From positions 32,001 to 96,000 of the IMG/VR virus record IMGVR_UViG_3300030419_006251: a DNA stretch of 64,000 nt. One strand, given 5' to 3'. Below, piece after piece: positions 47,741 through 57,738 of this stretch. Source of the DNA: a virus. Taxonomy: Duplodnaviria; Caudoviricetes. Each line of letters opens with the position of its first letter. Position 1 is the stretch's first letter. Under the pieces are notes generated by a model, which was not told the DNA's origin, did no database searches, and was given only the letters and a program-made list of their open reading frames with translations. The position numbers and the translations under genes are program-made.

Positions 47741-48786
47741 TAGTCGTCGATTTCCTCCATCATAATTTTATACCTTTTGCCGTTAGCATTATTCGTCAAA
47801 GTTAGGTAGTCTGCTTCCTCGATAATTGTCCAGTCGCCACGATCATTTTTGAGATGAAGGTCGCCTGTATATAAGTTGGCCCAACGCTTACTAGCTGAGC
47901 CGAGATTTCTGGTATTGTCAGCATTTGGCAATATGTTTCCATCTGACACAACATCGGAGCCTCCCGGGTCTAAAGTAATATCTCCAGACTCTGCCGATGC
48001 AATTGTCAAGGCACTATCAGAAGCCACAGCTAGCGTTGCATAGCTATTAGAATCATAAGAAAGCTTAAGTTGTGTGCCTGTATCTAGTATTTCAAGTTGC
48101 GCATCAGGATCCGAGAGGCCTCCGGAGTTACTACCAATTCCAACCTTGCTATCTGACTTTATGTGTATCGCATCATGGCCGTTCGTTCTAATAGCCATTG
48201 CATCTGTACCGTGATCATATTTCACATAAGCGTGATCTGTGTCGCTTGCATTTGGAAAATAGAGGCCGGCGGTATGTATCGAGCCAGCCAAGAGGGAAAT
48301 GCCAGTATTTGTGCTGTTTTCAACAACCAAATCATCACCAATAGCATCTATACTACTGATGCTACTAGCCGCGGTTCTCACATGCACTGTGGCCGACGGA
48401 GTAAAAACCGCTACAGGGCCGGCGGCAACCTTTCCATAGAACTGGTGTGTATCGCCAGAACTATCACCAAACTTTGTATCTCCATCTACTTCAATTGATG
48501 AGACATCTTTAATATAATAATTGGTAGCATAAATTGAGCCCGTTACAGAAACATCGCCAACGATATGAACCTTGTGATCTGAGTGTGGAAGGCCGCGGCC
48601 GACATCCATATCGCCGACGCCATCCCATGTTGTTAGGCCGATGCCAATATTGTTTGAAGCAGTAGAATAAACAAAGTATTGACTACCACTTAAAGCGTTA
48701 CAGTCGGTCCGAAACTGGACAGAGCCCGTAGGCCCACCAACGCTGTTTAAATAATCTAAATAAGTATAAGCCCAACCGCTTGGCAT
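47740..48786 (-). CDS. Short tail fibre-like protein (348 aa)
   Basis: Shares a segment with the long fibre N-region (SIDA..D.LVVE...GISL..GSIH..GLYFP); ends TGDLHLKNDRGDWTIIEE. Confidence 0.7.
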   Translation of the reverse strand: MPSGWAYTYLDYLNSVGGPTGSVQFRTDCNALSGSQYFVYSTASNNIGIGLTTWDGVGDMDVGRGLPHSDHKVHIVGDVSVTGSIYATNYYIKDVSSIEVDGDTKFGDSSGDTHQFYGKVAAGPVAVFTPSATVHVRTAASSISSIDAIGDDLVVENSTNTGISLLAGSIHTAGLYFPNASDTDHAYVKYDHGTDAMAIRTNGHDAIHIKSDSKVGIGSNSGGLSDPDAQLEILDTGTQLKLSYDSNSYATLAVASDSALTIASAESGDITLDPGGSDVVSDGNILPNADNTRNLGSASKRWANLYTGDLHLKNDRGDWTIIEEADYLTLTNNANGKRYKIMMEEIDD

Positions 48787-48855
48787 TTTTACATATCTCC
48801 TTTGCTAGTAAATAGTGTCGACATCACTAAGTAGCATCAAGAAGCACCAAGTTAA

Positions 48856-51800
48856 TTAGTCTAATCCATAATATTCAATGTAAATAAGCAGTGTACCCGA
48901 AGTCGCATCCGTACCACCATTGCTAGTGCCAGCATTGCAAACATACGGATACACATCAGCAGTGGTCATGAACGACGGAGTATCATTAATATAGCTTTCT
49001 TTTGCTGCAGTCAAATCAATGTCAACGGCTGACCCAACATTGGTCGAAGATCTTGTATTAGCTGCGCCGGCGCCAAGAGCCTCTTGTGAGGTGCTTGTTG
49101 CATTATAGTCGGCGGCGCGACCGTCACCGACATCGAAACGAATTTGAACATTATGAGTGCCAAGATTACTAGCTGTTTTAACTATTGCGACAACTCTAGT
49201 TACAACTGAATCTTGTGGAATTTTTTGACCAAATTGGACACTAACAGTGTTGTCGGTAGCGTTTGCATGTCGAACATCAACTTCTTCATATAATACGACT
49301 CGGCCTGGGGCTGCCGGATCACCATGATTAATTACATCTTTAAAGTTAGCATCAGATGTAACGGTGAGATCTCCCGATATAGTTGTGAGAGATTGCGCAC
49401 CATTACCAATAGTTACATCGACTTCATCTTCCTCGGAGCCATCCGAAACGACAATACCATTATTTATCTCTCCGTCGTGCGAGGCGACCCTCAAAATAAG
49501 ACGACCTCCCTCGGAACCATTGGACGCATCTGCGACTTGGCCAACAATCGAAGCGAACTCAATGTTATCCTGTGCATCATCATCGCCATAGAATAAAATT
49601 GATCCGATAATATCGTTGTCTGCGCCGGCGGCGCCCTTGTCTTTAACGAACTGAAGTCTTGCGCCATTTGTGTCATTTGTAGTATTTTTGATGATGACCA
49701 GCGGATCAAGCGAATTAGCAGACTCAAAGGTTACTGTGTCGCCCTGAGTCTTAAGATCTCCCGCCACGGTTGTGAGAGAAGTGGTAGTATTACCCAACCA
49801 CACATCAACTTCATCTTCTGCATCTCCATCCTGAATTGTCAGGCCAGATTGCATTTCGCCATCATGGGTCGCGATCCTAAGTGCAATCTTACCACCTTCA
49901 GCGCCATCGTCTGATTCCGCAATCTCGGCTGTAATTCCAACAAATTGTGTATTATTGTTTCCTTCATCCTCGCCATAGAATGTAATCTGACCAAGTACCT
50001 CGCCATCCTCTGTGTCTGCCGCATCTTTAAGGAATTGCAACTCACTAGAAGATGTCTTGGTTGTGTGAGTCGTTTTTAAGGTGAGAACGGGCTTACCGTC
50101 CGCGGAATCTGCAATTGTCACGGCTGGACCGTCGACGGTCACAGCAGTTGATGCATTTAAATCAATTGTTGGTGATGTAACATCTAACAAGGTGCCGGCG
50201 TTAATATCAAGCGTGCCATCAGCTGATGCAAAAATTTCTTCGCCGCCGCCAACATCATGAAATTTAAGCTTAGTTGTCAATAAAAGAGCTAACTCATCTT
50301 GAGACGCATCATAAAGCACGCCTTCATTAGTAGTGGCGCTGAAGAACCTGACATCAACGCCCGTGTCGTCAACACCAAAAGTAGCATTACCGTTAAATTG
50401 TGTGGCACCCGCAAAGGTGGCTAATTTGTCGGCGTCTAATGTTAACACTAAAGACTCAGTTGTTCCATCGGTAGTGTAAAATTGCAAGTCTGCATCGTTA
50501 TTTGATGCATCCCAAGCATCTCTAGCAATTGCTTGGATTCTTGCTCCTATGGATATAGTGCTGTTAGCATCTTCGGCTCCTGCAAACTCAATCACTCCGA
50601 GTCTATGGTTATCGGCCATAACCGCGCCGTCGTCAGCGGCCAACCTTAAATAGCCGCCCTCTGTTGCGCTGGTGGCTGTAGTGTCTGTTATGGTAACGCC
50701 GGGCGTATCAATTGTAACCGCAGTAGAAGCGTTAACATCAACGGTTGGTGCAGTCATATCAAGAGTTGCCCCTGCATTGACCTCCAGGTGGCCATCAGAA
50801 ATTGCAACAATGTTTTCACCGCCGGCCGCATCATGAAATGAAAGCTTTGAGTCTGCCGCTAATACCAATTCATCGGCCGATTCGTCCCAAAGCAAGAAAT
50901 GGCTGGCGGATGCACCAAAAAGTTTAACATCATAACCAGTGTCATCGACACCGACAGTGAGTGTTCCATCTAGTTGGACATTTCCGTCAATATCAACAGC
51001 ATCAAGGTTAGTTGTGCCGTCAACATCAATATCGCCGGCGAGGTCAATATCGCCCGGTATTGTGACAATAGAGCTTGAGCCGTTTCCGATCGTAACATCC
51101 ACCTCATCTTCAGCAGAGCCATCGGTTATAACAAGACCGTTATTTATCTCTCCATCGTGTGAAGCAACTTGAAGCGCCAACAACCCACCTTCTTGCCCAT
51201 CGGTAGCTACAGATATCTGAGTTGCGATACGACCAAACAAAACCTGATCTTGGTTTGCATCGTCAGCATAGAATTCAATCATTCCTGCAACATCATTATT
51301 TGCGCCGGCGGCGCCCTTGTCTTTAACAAATCTGAGGCGCGCGCCGTTTGCGTCATTTGTGGTATTCTTAATAATAACTACTGGATCGTTGGCATTTGCA
51401 GACGCCATTGTAACAGTGTCTGTATTGAGCTTAATGTCTGTGCCGGCGAATAGTTCCAAAACATTGTCAGCAGAAGCGTGTATATATTCGCCTCCAGACG
51501 CATCATTGAAGGAAAGCTTGGTAGAAGAAGCGAGAAGCAATTCATCTCCAGACATATCCCAATGTACATATTTTCCAGACGACTCGCCAAAGAACTTGAA
51601 ATCAACACCATGGTTATCGGCACCACCAATCAAGATGCCCTCGGTCTCGCCATCTGCATCCCACTGGATACCCACATGTGCGGCTGTGCCGGCCGTATAG
51701 AGGTAAGCGTCTAATCCGCTGCCTGCGGCGGAGCCAATTTTAAGAGCACCGGTTGAAGTAATCGCACCGACTCCTAAAGTTCCCAAGCCGCTCACATTGT

Positions 51801-52209
51801 TACTATCATCAACAGTAATACCAGAACCTTGAGCGGTTTGACCGCCGGTTCCATTGGTCCGCATAAGTCGATTATCGTTGCTGCCTAAGCCAGAAAGACT
51901 ACCTGCAACGCCGGCTAAAGAACCATCAGAAGTGATCTGAACATCTTGGCCCGTATCATCTGTAAAGTAAAGGTTGTTAGGGGCGTCTGATTTAACCCAC
52001 AGCTGGCCGTAAGCGGCGCTATCACTGTCGGCGTTAGCTTGTTCTTTTATTGTGAGTGTACCTTCGACAGTCAACTTAGTCTTAGGACTAGTCGTTCCAA
52101 TGCCAACTTTATCATTGGTAGCGTCAACAGAAACTGTTCCGCTATCGACTTCTAAGTCAGTTACAACACTTGGTGAAGGACTGAATCCTCCGCTATTAAA
52201 TCCGCCCAT
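48856..52209 (-). CDS. Tail fibre/spike protein (1117 aa) with triplicated modules
   Basis: P.V.IKNTTND.NGARL.FVKDKGAAG...HDGE..NG...DG..EDEVDV.IGN x3; GVD...FF......WD.S.DEL.L x3. Confidence 0.75.
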   Translation of the reverse strand: MGGFNSGGFSPSPSVVTDLEVDSGTVSVDATNDKVGIGTTSPKTKLTVEGTLTIKEQANADSDSAAYGQLWVKSDAPNNLYFTDDTGQDVQITSDGSLAGVAGSLSGLGSNDNRLMRTNGTGGQTAQGSGITVDDSNNVSGLGTLGVGAITSTGALKIGSAAGSGLDAYLYTAGTAAHVGIQWDADGETEGILIGGADNHGVDFKFFGESSGKYVHWDMSGDELLLASSTKLSFNDASGGEYIHASADNVLELFAGTDIKLNTDTVTMASANANDPVVIIKNTTNDANGARLRFVKDKGAAGANNDVAGMIEFYADDANQDQVLFGRIATQISVATDGQEGGLLALQVASHDGEINNGLVITDGSAEDEVDVTIGNGSSSIVTIPGDIDLAGDIDVDGTTNLDAVDIDGNVQLDGTLTVGVDDTGYDVKLFGASASHFLLWDESADELVLAADSKLSFHDAAGGENIVAISDGHLEVNAGATLDMTAPTVDVNASTAVTIDTPGVTITDTTATSATEGGYLRLAADDGAVMADNHRLGVIEFAGAEDANSTISIGARIQAIARDAWDASNNDADLQFYTTDGTTESLVLTLDADKLATFAGATQFNGNATFGVDDTGVDVRFFSATTNEGVLYDASQDELALLLTTKLKFHDVGGGEEIFASADGTLDINAGTLLDVTSPTIDLNASTAVTVDGPAVTIADSADGKPVLTLKTTHTTKTSSSELQFLKDAADTEDGEVLGQITFYGEDEGNNNTQFVGITAEIAESDDGAEGGKIALRIATHDGEMQSGLTIQDGDAEDEVDVWLGNTTTSLTTVAGDLKTQGDTVTFESANSLDPLVIIKNTTNDTNGARLQFVKDKGAAGADNDIIGSILFYGDDDAQDNIEFASIVGQVADASNGSEGGRLILRVASHDGEINNGIVVSDGSEEDEVDVTIGNGAQSLTTISGDLTVTSDANFKDVINHGDPAAPGRVVLYEEVDVRHANATDNTVSVQFGQKIPQDSVVTRVVAIVKTASNLGTHNVQIRFDVGDGRAADYNATSTSQEALGAGAANTRSSTNVGSAVDIDLTAAKESYINDTPSFMTTADVYPYVCNAGTSNGGTDATSGTLLIYIEYYGLD

Positions 52210-52221
52210 CTATAATGCTCC

Positions 52222-52650
52222 TTATCTCCAGCCCATATCTTCGTTGATACCCGAACCGCTTAGCTCGTACATCTTATTAGCCGGAATTTGAGTTAATTCG
52301 GCGAACAGCGTATATGTCGCGCCAGCACTGCCGTGATTGGTAATGTAAATTTCAGAACACTTCACATTCATGGTCATAGAATCCTTGTTAGCCGGCAAAG
52401 CAATATAGTGATAATTCTGTAGCGTGGTTGTATCTGTTTTCGCGTCCGCAAAGTGTACCCTTAACTCATTGGCACTAGTGTTGATAATGGTTATAGATTT
52501 TGTAACCATTGGAAACTCAATTTTATCCTGCCATGCGTTTGATGCGCCAGAGGCTTCCATTCCTGCCGAACCGGTGATATAGGGTGTGCCCGCGGCCTGA
52601 TAAGAGCCTACATTGTGTAGTCCAACGCCGTATGATTGCCAATTTGCCAT
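52222..52650 (-). CDS. Hypothetical virion protein (142 aa)
   Basis: Late motif at 52684-52692 and SD upstream; within the structural cluster. Confidence 0.6.
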   Translation of the reverse strand: MANWQSYGVGLHNVGSYQAAGTPYITGSAGMEASGASNAWQDKIEFPMVTKSITIINTSANELRVHFADAKTDTTTLQNYHYIALPANKDSMTMNVKCSEIYITNHGSAGATYTLFAELTQIPANKMYELSGSGINEDMGWR

Positions 52651-52667
52651 TTATATAACTCCTTAAT

Positions 52668-52889
52668 TTACCTTTTGCTTCTATAATTAGTTCTTTTCTT
52701 GCGTTTTAATCTCTCGATTGTTCTTTTTCTTTCATTTTGTTTTCTTCTTTTAGCATTGGATGGCTTTTCGTAATACCTGCGTCTTCTAACCTCTTGCACT
52801 ATGCCTGCTTTCTTAGTTTTTTTTATAAACCTTCTTATCATTTTTTCAGGAGTATCATTTCTCCTCGGTTTTACATTTACATTCGCCAT
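52668..52889 (-). CDS. rpsU: Phage-encoded ribosomal protein bS21
   Basis: EKMIRRFIKKTKKAGIVQEVRRRRYYEKPSNAKRRK matches the bS21 consensus. Confidence 0.92.
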   Translation of the reverse strand: MANVNVKPRRNDTPEKMIRRFIKKTKKAGIVQEVRRRRYYEKPSNAKRRKQNERKRTIERLKRKKRTNYRSKR

Positions 52890-52891
52890 AT

Positions 52892-53350
52892 TTACACCAA
52901 TTTACTCCAATTTTTTGAGGCACCAAAGAAAGCGCCGATGTCTACACCGGAATCTCCAGGGTCTACGCCCGCCAAAGCTCCCGGAGCGCTTGGGCCGGCA
53001 TCCGGAGAGCCGGCTCTTTTAAGGGGCTCTGTTCCTTCAAACAGGTCGACACCATTATAGGCGTCTTTTCCAACAGCGCTGGACATCTGATGTCTAGATT
53101 CCATAATCTTTCTTCTTCTTTCGCGATCTGCCTCGGCAGCGGCTCGAAGTTGTTCTTTTTCTGTAGGCGTATTTCTCGCTTGTGGGGCGCGCGATTCCAC
53201 TATGGGAGTAACGCCAGCAGAATGCACTCCGACCATTACCTCAGTTACGATTCCAGACAAAACACCTTCTTCTAGAATAACCTCTTTTATACACTCTTTA
53301 ATCAGTGGTCTCAATATTTTTTTTAAATCTTGATTATTCATTTTAGTCAC
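52892..53350 (-). CDS. Hypothetical head-associated protein
   Basis: LIKECIKEVILEE motif; between protease and bS21. Confidence 0.6.
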   Translation of the reverse strand: MTKMNNQDLKKILRPLIKECIKEVILEEGVLSGIVTEVMVGVHSAGVTPIVESRAPQARNTPTEKEQLRAAAEADRERRRKIMESRHQMSSAVGKDAYNGVDLFEGTEPLKRAGSPDAGPSAPGALAGVDPGDSGVDIGAFFGASKNWSKLV

Positions 53351-53957
53351 TCAATATATCATTTAAAATACGATTTATTCTATCTGATTTTGTAAAAACA
53401 TTTGATAAATTTAAATTCTTTGCTTCTTTAATCATATAGGCTTCGTTTGTCGACGGTTCAGATACCATATCAAAACAGATAAGTTGAAAATCATCTTCGA
53501 CAATTGTCTTTCCCTTGCTTTCAGTCACAGAGCCCAAACCTCTAGAAGAAATTCCGAGTTTAACCCCTGCTTTTACCAATTCTTGCAATATCTTACCAGA
53601 TGGAGTATCTAAACATTTAATTTTACCCATAACTGCGTTCGGATTATCTTTGTCCCACCATACCTCAGTAACTAAGTGAGAAGCATTTTTGAGATTTATA
53701 ACTTGTTCGTCTGGATGATCTAATTCGCCCAGTGCACGACTTTCATCAATAAGTTTTTGATAGTTTTTCATTTCCCTTTCTAATATGTGTTTAGGATACA
53801 CTCGGCCATTGCCGTTTTTAGCCTCGGCTTCTTGTAGTTTTCCAGATAATATTACTCCGCCGCCAACGACAAACTCTTTTTCGGACTCAGTTAATAAGTC
53901 CGGGCAAGAGCCTCCATCGCAAAGCTCATAAAATTCTCTTAATAATTTTTTGCTCAT
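53343..53957 (-). CDS. Prohead protease (gp21-like)
   Basis: NGNGRVYP, LGELDHP, GISSRGLGS and FDMVSEPST. Confidence 0.92.
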   Translation of the reverse strand: MSKKLLREFYELCDGGSCPDLLTESEKEFVVGGGVILSGKLQEAEAKNGNGRVYPKHILEREMKNYQKLIDESRALGELDHPDEQVINLKNASHLVTEVWWDKDNPNAVMGKIKCLDTPSGKILQELVKAGVKLGISSRGLGSVTESKGKTIVEDDFQLICFDMVSEPSTNEAYMIKEAKNLNLSNVFTKSDRINRILNDILSD

Positions 53958-54009
53958 GTCGTGTACCTCTTAATATTAGTTTAAACTATGCGGGCGCTAC
54001 CCGCACGAT

Positions 54010-54078
54010 TTAGGAACCCTTGCAACAGTGCCTAACTGGCTGTAACATCCACTTTGCTGTCCAAATGTTAGTGCTCAT
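54010..54078 (-). CDS. 22-aa micropeptide MSTNIWTAKWMLQPVRHCCKGS
   Basis: AGGAG SD 8 nt upstream; overlaps the stop of the previous gene; followed by a GC hairpin. Confidence 0.5.
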   Translation of the reverse strand: MSTNIWTAKWMLQPVRHCCKGS

Positions 54079-54385
54079 TGTCATTACTCCTTGTGTGCTG
54101 TATTTTTAAGCCGCAATCTCCCACAATCATATTGAGTACATACGATGTTCCGGAAGCTAACCACCCTAAAATAAATAAATTGGCAATTGTATACTCAAAT
54201 GTAAATAGTTCTGTGTATTTGTTTATTCCAAACAAAAATGCCCCAACCCAGAAACCCAGGCACATGGGGCAACGAAACAATTCTCCCAACTTTCCGGCGG
54301 CCGGTCTCACGGCATCAAATATAGTGCCATATACTAATATTTGCGTTAAGCCATATGCCGTTAAAACAAACCACAATAAATCCAC
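54068..54385 (-). CDS. DUF1360-like membrane protein
   Basis: Three hydrophobic helices and LGELFRCPMCLGFWVG. Confidence 0.65.
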   Translation of the reverse strand: MDLLWFVLTAYGLTQILVYGTIFDAVRPAAGKLGELFRCPMCLGFWVGAFLFGINKYTELFTFEYTIANLFILGWLASGTSYVLNMIVGDCGLKIQHTRSNDNEH

Positions 54386-54387
54386 AT

Positions 54388-54957
54388 TTACACCCGATAC
54401 ATATCATAGATCCCATAAGGACCGCGGATCCAGCCCGGGCGGAGAGAGCCTTTCGTTTCTTCATGTGGCACCTCTCCAAGTTCTGTCGAATCTTCTTCGT
54501 CAGGATCCAAAAGTTTTTTCTCTTCTTTTTCGAAATAAGCCTTTTCTGCTTGAAAGTACGGACGCTCATCTTCGATAAATTTTCCAATTTGAAATATTGC
54601 TGCCTGGATTGGACTCAGGCCCTCAAATGCCGATTTATGTATTGTCGCTTCAAAAGAGCCGTACACATTTCCACCTTTAATACTATCAAATTCAATTATA
54701 CCTTTTTTGGCCAAATGTTTAAATAGATGATTTTGCGTATCATAAACCTCATCTGTAATTAAGTCTTTAGGAAGAGCAACAATTTTTAATGGTTCAGGTA
54801 TGACAACTATATCAATATCGTCATGGTCAAAAATCATAACACTTCCGTCTACGCCTTTGCGCAGATTCATACTCATGCTGATCTGTGGTTGGCCTGGAGC
54901 AACTCTTTTTTGTTCGTCGTCTGTTTGCGGATCTGTTATCGTTACATCTATAGACAT
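54388..54957 (-). CDS. Hypothetical protein (189 aa)
   Basis: Collinear ORF in the head cluster. Confidence 0.6.
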   Translation of the reverse strand: MSIDVTITDPQTDDEQKRVAPGQPQISMSMNLRKGVDGSVMIFDHDDIDIVVIPEPLKIVALPKDLITDEVYDTQNHLFKHLAKKGIIEFDSIKGGNVYGSFEATIHKSAFEGLSPIQAAIFQIGKFIEDERPYFQAEKAYFEKEEKKLLDPDEEDSTELGEVPHEETKGSLRPGWIRGPYGIYDMYRV

Positions 54958-55802
54958 TAGCTTTTAATCTCATTTATAAGAGTTTGCATCTTCAATATCT
55001 TTTTTAGTGCCCTTTCGTCAATTGGATGCTCTTTAAACTCATTTATCATATTTTCCACTTCTTTAACAGAGTCTTTCATAGATCCTGTAAATAGGTCTTC
55101 ATTTTTTGAAGTACTTTCTTGCAAGGTCTTCTGAATCCTGCTAAGTTCGTCTCCGACAAATATCTTTAAACCCACTCCATTGTCTGCGAATGACATAATA
55201 TAATTGCTCAATAACTTCTTTTGTTCCGACAATAAAGAATTATTATATTTGTTATTAAATTTTTGTGTGAAAGTCTTATACACAAGATTGTCGATTTGTA
55301 CAATTTTTTCTGGGGCTTGTTCTGTTGCTAACTCATTGACCAATCTTTCTATTAATTCTTTTTCTAGTAGAACACGCTTTTTCGTGGTTGTGTCTTGATT
55401 GAAAATTTGTGCAATAGTGGCCAAATTTTTATATCCCGGAACAAAGTTCGAGAACACATTTTTTGAAAGGCGTCTGTTAATTAAACCAATAAGAGCGGTT
55501 TGTTCATTAAAAAGTCTTTTTTGATCAACATTTTTGTTTCGATCGCTTTTGATTTCAAATATTAATTTTTCTGCCGTGTATGGATCTAAGCCCGAGGTTT
55601 CATTTAGCGACTTATAAAACCCAAGATCTTTATTTAGATCTGTGCCGCTTGAAAAACAAACCGACAATAATTCTATAATACTATTTTTGCGTTTATGATT
55701 CTCGCTCAGTATTGCTTTAGTAAGCTCGACCATCAAAGCTTCATATAAAAATGCAGTATTTCTTTTTTTATTGTGTCTCTTCTTCGTCGTTTTTGTCGTC
55801 AT
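54957..55802 (-). CDS. Hypothetical prohead-associated protein (281 aa)
   Basis: Directly downstream of portal; RHNKKRNTAFLYEAL start; helical. Confidence 0.6.
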   Translation of the reverse strand: MTTKTTKKRHNKKRNTAFLYEALMVELTKAILSENHKRKNSIIELLSVCFSSGTDLNKDLGFYKSLNETSGLDPYTAEKLIFEIKSDRNKNVDQKRLFNEQTALIGLINRRLSKNVFSNFVPGYKNLATIAQIFNQDTTTKKRVLLEKELIERLVNELATEQAPEKIVQIDNLVYKTFTQKFNNKYNNSLLSEQKKLLSNYIMSFADNGVGLKIFVGDELSRIQKTLQESTSKNEDLFTGSMKDSVKEVENMINEFKEHPIDERALKKILKMQTLINEIKS

Positions 55803-57735
55803 TATTGCGCTCCATATCTTCGATAAGTAGTTTTAAATCATTGTTGATTTGAAAAAGTTGTCTCTCTTCTCTAATATAATTAGTATTGTCTCCTTCATAA
55901 ATCCCGTTTCCTGCCTTTGTTAAATCGGAAAGGCCTGGATATATATTTCTTCTTGCAGCAGAGGCAACCTCTCTACCATATAGCGAATTTAAATGTTTAT
56001 TCATTCCGCTTCGCTGGTCAACATTTACGGGATAGTATGTGCTGCCATCTGTGTATACCGTTGGCTCATCTCTACTACCCGGCGGTGGTCCTTCAGGGGG
56101 AGGCTCAGCCAACAGAGCGGATTCTTCCTCCGGCGGCATTTCTTCTTCTGGTGGGGGACCCCCTTCTTCGCCTTCCACGGGCGGTCCTCCTGGAGGTACT
56201 AATCCCTCCTCTTCGGCGATATCCATAGCATCAGCTTCCGCCTCCACCGAGCCAGCCTGTACCACTGCTTCAGCCTCAACTTCAAGAGAGGCTTCGAATT
56301 TCTTGTCATAATACATTTCACGCTGATTTCTAAGGAATTCCTCATTGTCCAGATTAAATAAATTTTGTGATATCCATCTTCTACTAAAAAAGCCCTCAGT
56401 GGCGGAGGCCGCAACATCAAACTTTGTTTTCCAGTGCTCTAATTCTTGCAGTTCCGCAATTTTCGATGGGTTGTTCAAAACGATACTAAATGACAACAAA
56501 TCGTCTCCTCGAAAGCCTAAAGTAAAAAGATGTACAATTCCTATTTTTTCAAGCTCCGATACAAGCACTCTTTGTAATCTCTGAATGGTTCTGGCAAACC
56601 TGATATCTTTTTGTGCTAGCGTTGTCTTGTCTTCTCCTCCGCCATCGTCAGCCATGCTGGAGAGATATGAGGGAGGAATCTTAAGTGCAGAAAACAGTTT
56701 ATCTCTGAGATATTTAATATCGTCGATGTCTCCAGTATAAGTGCCTCCTGGTAAATTTTCAATTTTCGAAGATGTTCCTCCGCGTACAGGAATGAAATAA
56801 TCTTCTTCGACGCTCATCGGATTATAGCGTAAATCGACGCGGCCATTATCTGGATCGATTACTTGATTTCGCTTCATTTGCGTCATAACTTTCTGCATGT
56901 ATTGTTCGACATCTTCAGGCGGTATATTTCCGACATCAATATAAAATACTCTTCGCTCTGGGGATCTTACAATGCGATATGCCATGACCGCATCCTCCAA
57001 CATCGTTAGCTGTCTCCAAATTCTTCTTGCAGGCTCTAAAATAGAAGTGCCATAAGGGGCATACTTGTCGTTACCTAGAATACGAAAGTGGCCAATTTGC
57101 CAATTTTCAAAAGTTAATCCTCCCGAGTTCCACTGAAATTGTACATAATTCGGATTTGAATCGTCTTCTCCTTCCAGCCTTTCTACTTCGTTCGGAGGTA
57201 GTCCAATGACCGATTTGATACCATGCTCTTCATCAATATCCATATACAAGAAGAAATCTCCATACTTGCACATCGTGCGACACCAGCCAAACAGATTATG
57301 TTCAACATTCATAACATTGTTATAAAGATTAAATAGAATAATTTTTATCTCCTCGTTGGGACATATGACCTTTAACATTGGGGATAAGGCGCTTGAAGTT
57401 GTCATTTCATCAGCATATATATCCATAGCAGAAGCAATTTCAGGGGTATATTCCATCTGATCAAAATCGGAATATCGATGTTGACGATTTTGGTTCGCCA
57501 TTAAGTCAGCTTCTAACGAAGCAAACGGATTATTATCTGCTTTTTTAAACTGCTTGCCGCTAGCAGATTTAAACTTAAACTTGTCTAGATGTCGCCGACG
57601 GTAACGACGGATGTTCTGTGTCCTATAGTTAACAATGGGCCCAGAAAATAACCTAGTTAATCTTTTAAAAAGTTCTGAGTTTTCATTTCTAGGGTTACTA
57701 ACTCTGCGATTTCTTGCTCTTGTTCTTTTTGCCAT
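55768..57735 (-). CDS. Portal protein (gp20-like)
   Basis: YGTSILEPARRIWRQL, YRIVRSPERRVFYIDVGN, EEDYFIP and IENLPGG. Confidence 0.93.
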   Translation of the reverse strand: MAKRTRARNRRVSNPRNENSELFKRLTRLFSGPIVNYRTQNIRRYRRRHLDKFKFKSASGKQFKKADNNPFASLEADLMANQNRQHRYSDFDQMEYTPEIASAMDIYADEMTTSSALSPMLKVICPNEEIKIILFNLYNNVMNVEHNLFGWCRTMCKYGDFFLYMDIDEEHGIKSVIGLPPNEVERLEGEDDSNPNYVQFQWNSGGLTFENWQIGHFRILGNDKYAPYGTSILEPARRIWRQLTMLEDAVMAYRIVRSPERRVFYIDVGNIPPEDVEQYMQKVMTQMKRNQVIDPDNGRVDLRYNPMSVEEDYFIPVRGGTSSKIENLPGGTYTGDIDDIKYLRDKLFSALKIPPSYLSSMADDGGGEDKTTLAQKDIRFARTIQRLQRVLVSELEKIGIVHLFTLGFRGDDLLSFSIVLNNPSKIAELQELEHWKTKFDVAASATEGFFSRRWISQNLFNLDNEEFLRNQREMYYDKKFEASLEVEAEAVVQAGSVEAEADAMDIAEEEGLVPPGGPPVEGEEGGPPPEEEMPPEEESALLAEPPPEGPPPGSRDEPTVYTDGSTYYPVNVDQRSGMNKHLNSLYGREVASAARRNIYPGLSDLTKAGNGIYEGDNTNYIREERQLFQINNDLKLLIEDMERNNDDKNDEEETQ

Positions 57736-57738
57736 TTA

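Noticed and set aside
41919-52209. Diversity-generating retroelement or invertible fibre cassette
   Set aside because: Repeats are direct and in frame; no adenine-specific TR/VR pair, reverse transcriptase or invertase seen in the window
40085-52291. Many + strand ORFs over the scaffold and fibre genes
   Set aside because: Antisense to well-supported genes and of low-complexity composition
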